A stretch of DNA of 64,000 nt from Squalus acanthias (Eukaryota). Of this stretch, positions 63,751 through 64,000 are shown piece after piece. The stretch covers positions 59,026,001 to 59,090,000 of the forward strand of contig CM059432.1 in the NCBI GenBank assembly GCA_030390025.1, given 5' to 3'. The notes under the pieces were generated by a model. The model did not search any database. It had not been told where the DNA came from and worked only from the letters and a program-made list of their open reading frames with translations. The first letter of the stretch is position 1; each line of letters begins with the position of its first letter. The translations under genes were made by a program, and so were the position numbers.

Positions 63751-64000
63751 AGACCATCAAATTCAATCCAAAGGGGATAGCCTGCATAATACAATTCATA
63801 GCAAGTTTCTTACTAAATGAAATTATTTATCCAGGAGCCAAAATGTCAATTCTTTTCATTGTTGGCCCAGTTGGGATAATTACTTATTAAATCTAATAGC
63901 TTACTTAAACTTGCAGTCAAACTTTTTCATTCCTCTGCTTTCCCAGGCTTATTACTTAATGGTAAGAAGCACACTAACAGCTTGGTTTTGTTATTGGAAG

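Overview
Vertebrate genomic DNA, most likely from a cartilaginous fish (shark). This is inferred from the repeat repertoire (CR1 LINEs with esterase ORF1, Penelope, DeuSINE-like SINEs, Harbinger elements) and the protein sequences. Two host genes lie on the minus strand. (1) The 3' part of KCNQ3 (Kv7.3): six GT-AG exons between 51896 and 29383 that splice into one continuous frame through helix B/C/D and the ankyrin-G anchor, plus a ~2.7 kb repeat-free 3' UTR. (2) Downstream, the 5' coding exons of a probable HHLA1 orthologue (signal-peptide exon plus short phase-1 exons), matching the human KCNQ3-HHLA1 gene order. Most of the remaining sequence is nested transposon debris. It includes two essentially full-length but decayed CR1s (one with a 43-bp 5' monomer array and an ERV-type solo LTR in ORF1, one with a complete two-gene PIF/Harbinger transposon in its 5' UTR), deleted Harbingers and many MITEs with 3-bp TSDs, a hAT MITE, tRNA-derived SINEs, L2-like ends, and Penelope fragments carrying a minimal hammerhead ribozyme. 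No CRISPR, rRNA or true tRNA gene was seen. Nothing here is demonstrably a new system. The best leads are a solo LTR positioned like a promoter upstream of HHLA1, ~90-100 bp Penelope ribozyme-end insertions with long TSDs, and conserved monomer and splice-donor features in the CR1 5' UTRs. All homology calls are from recalled sequences, not database searches.
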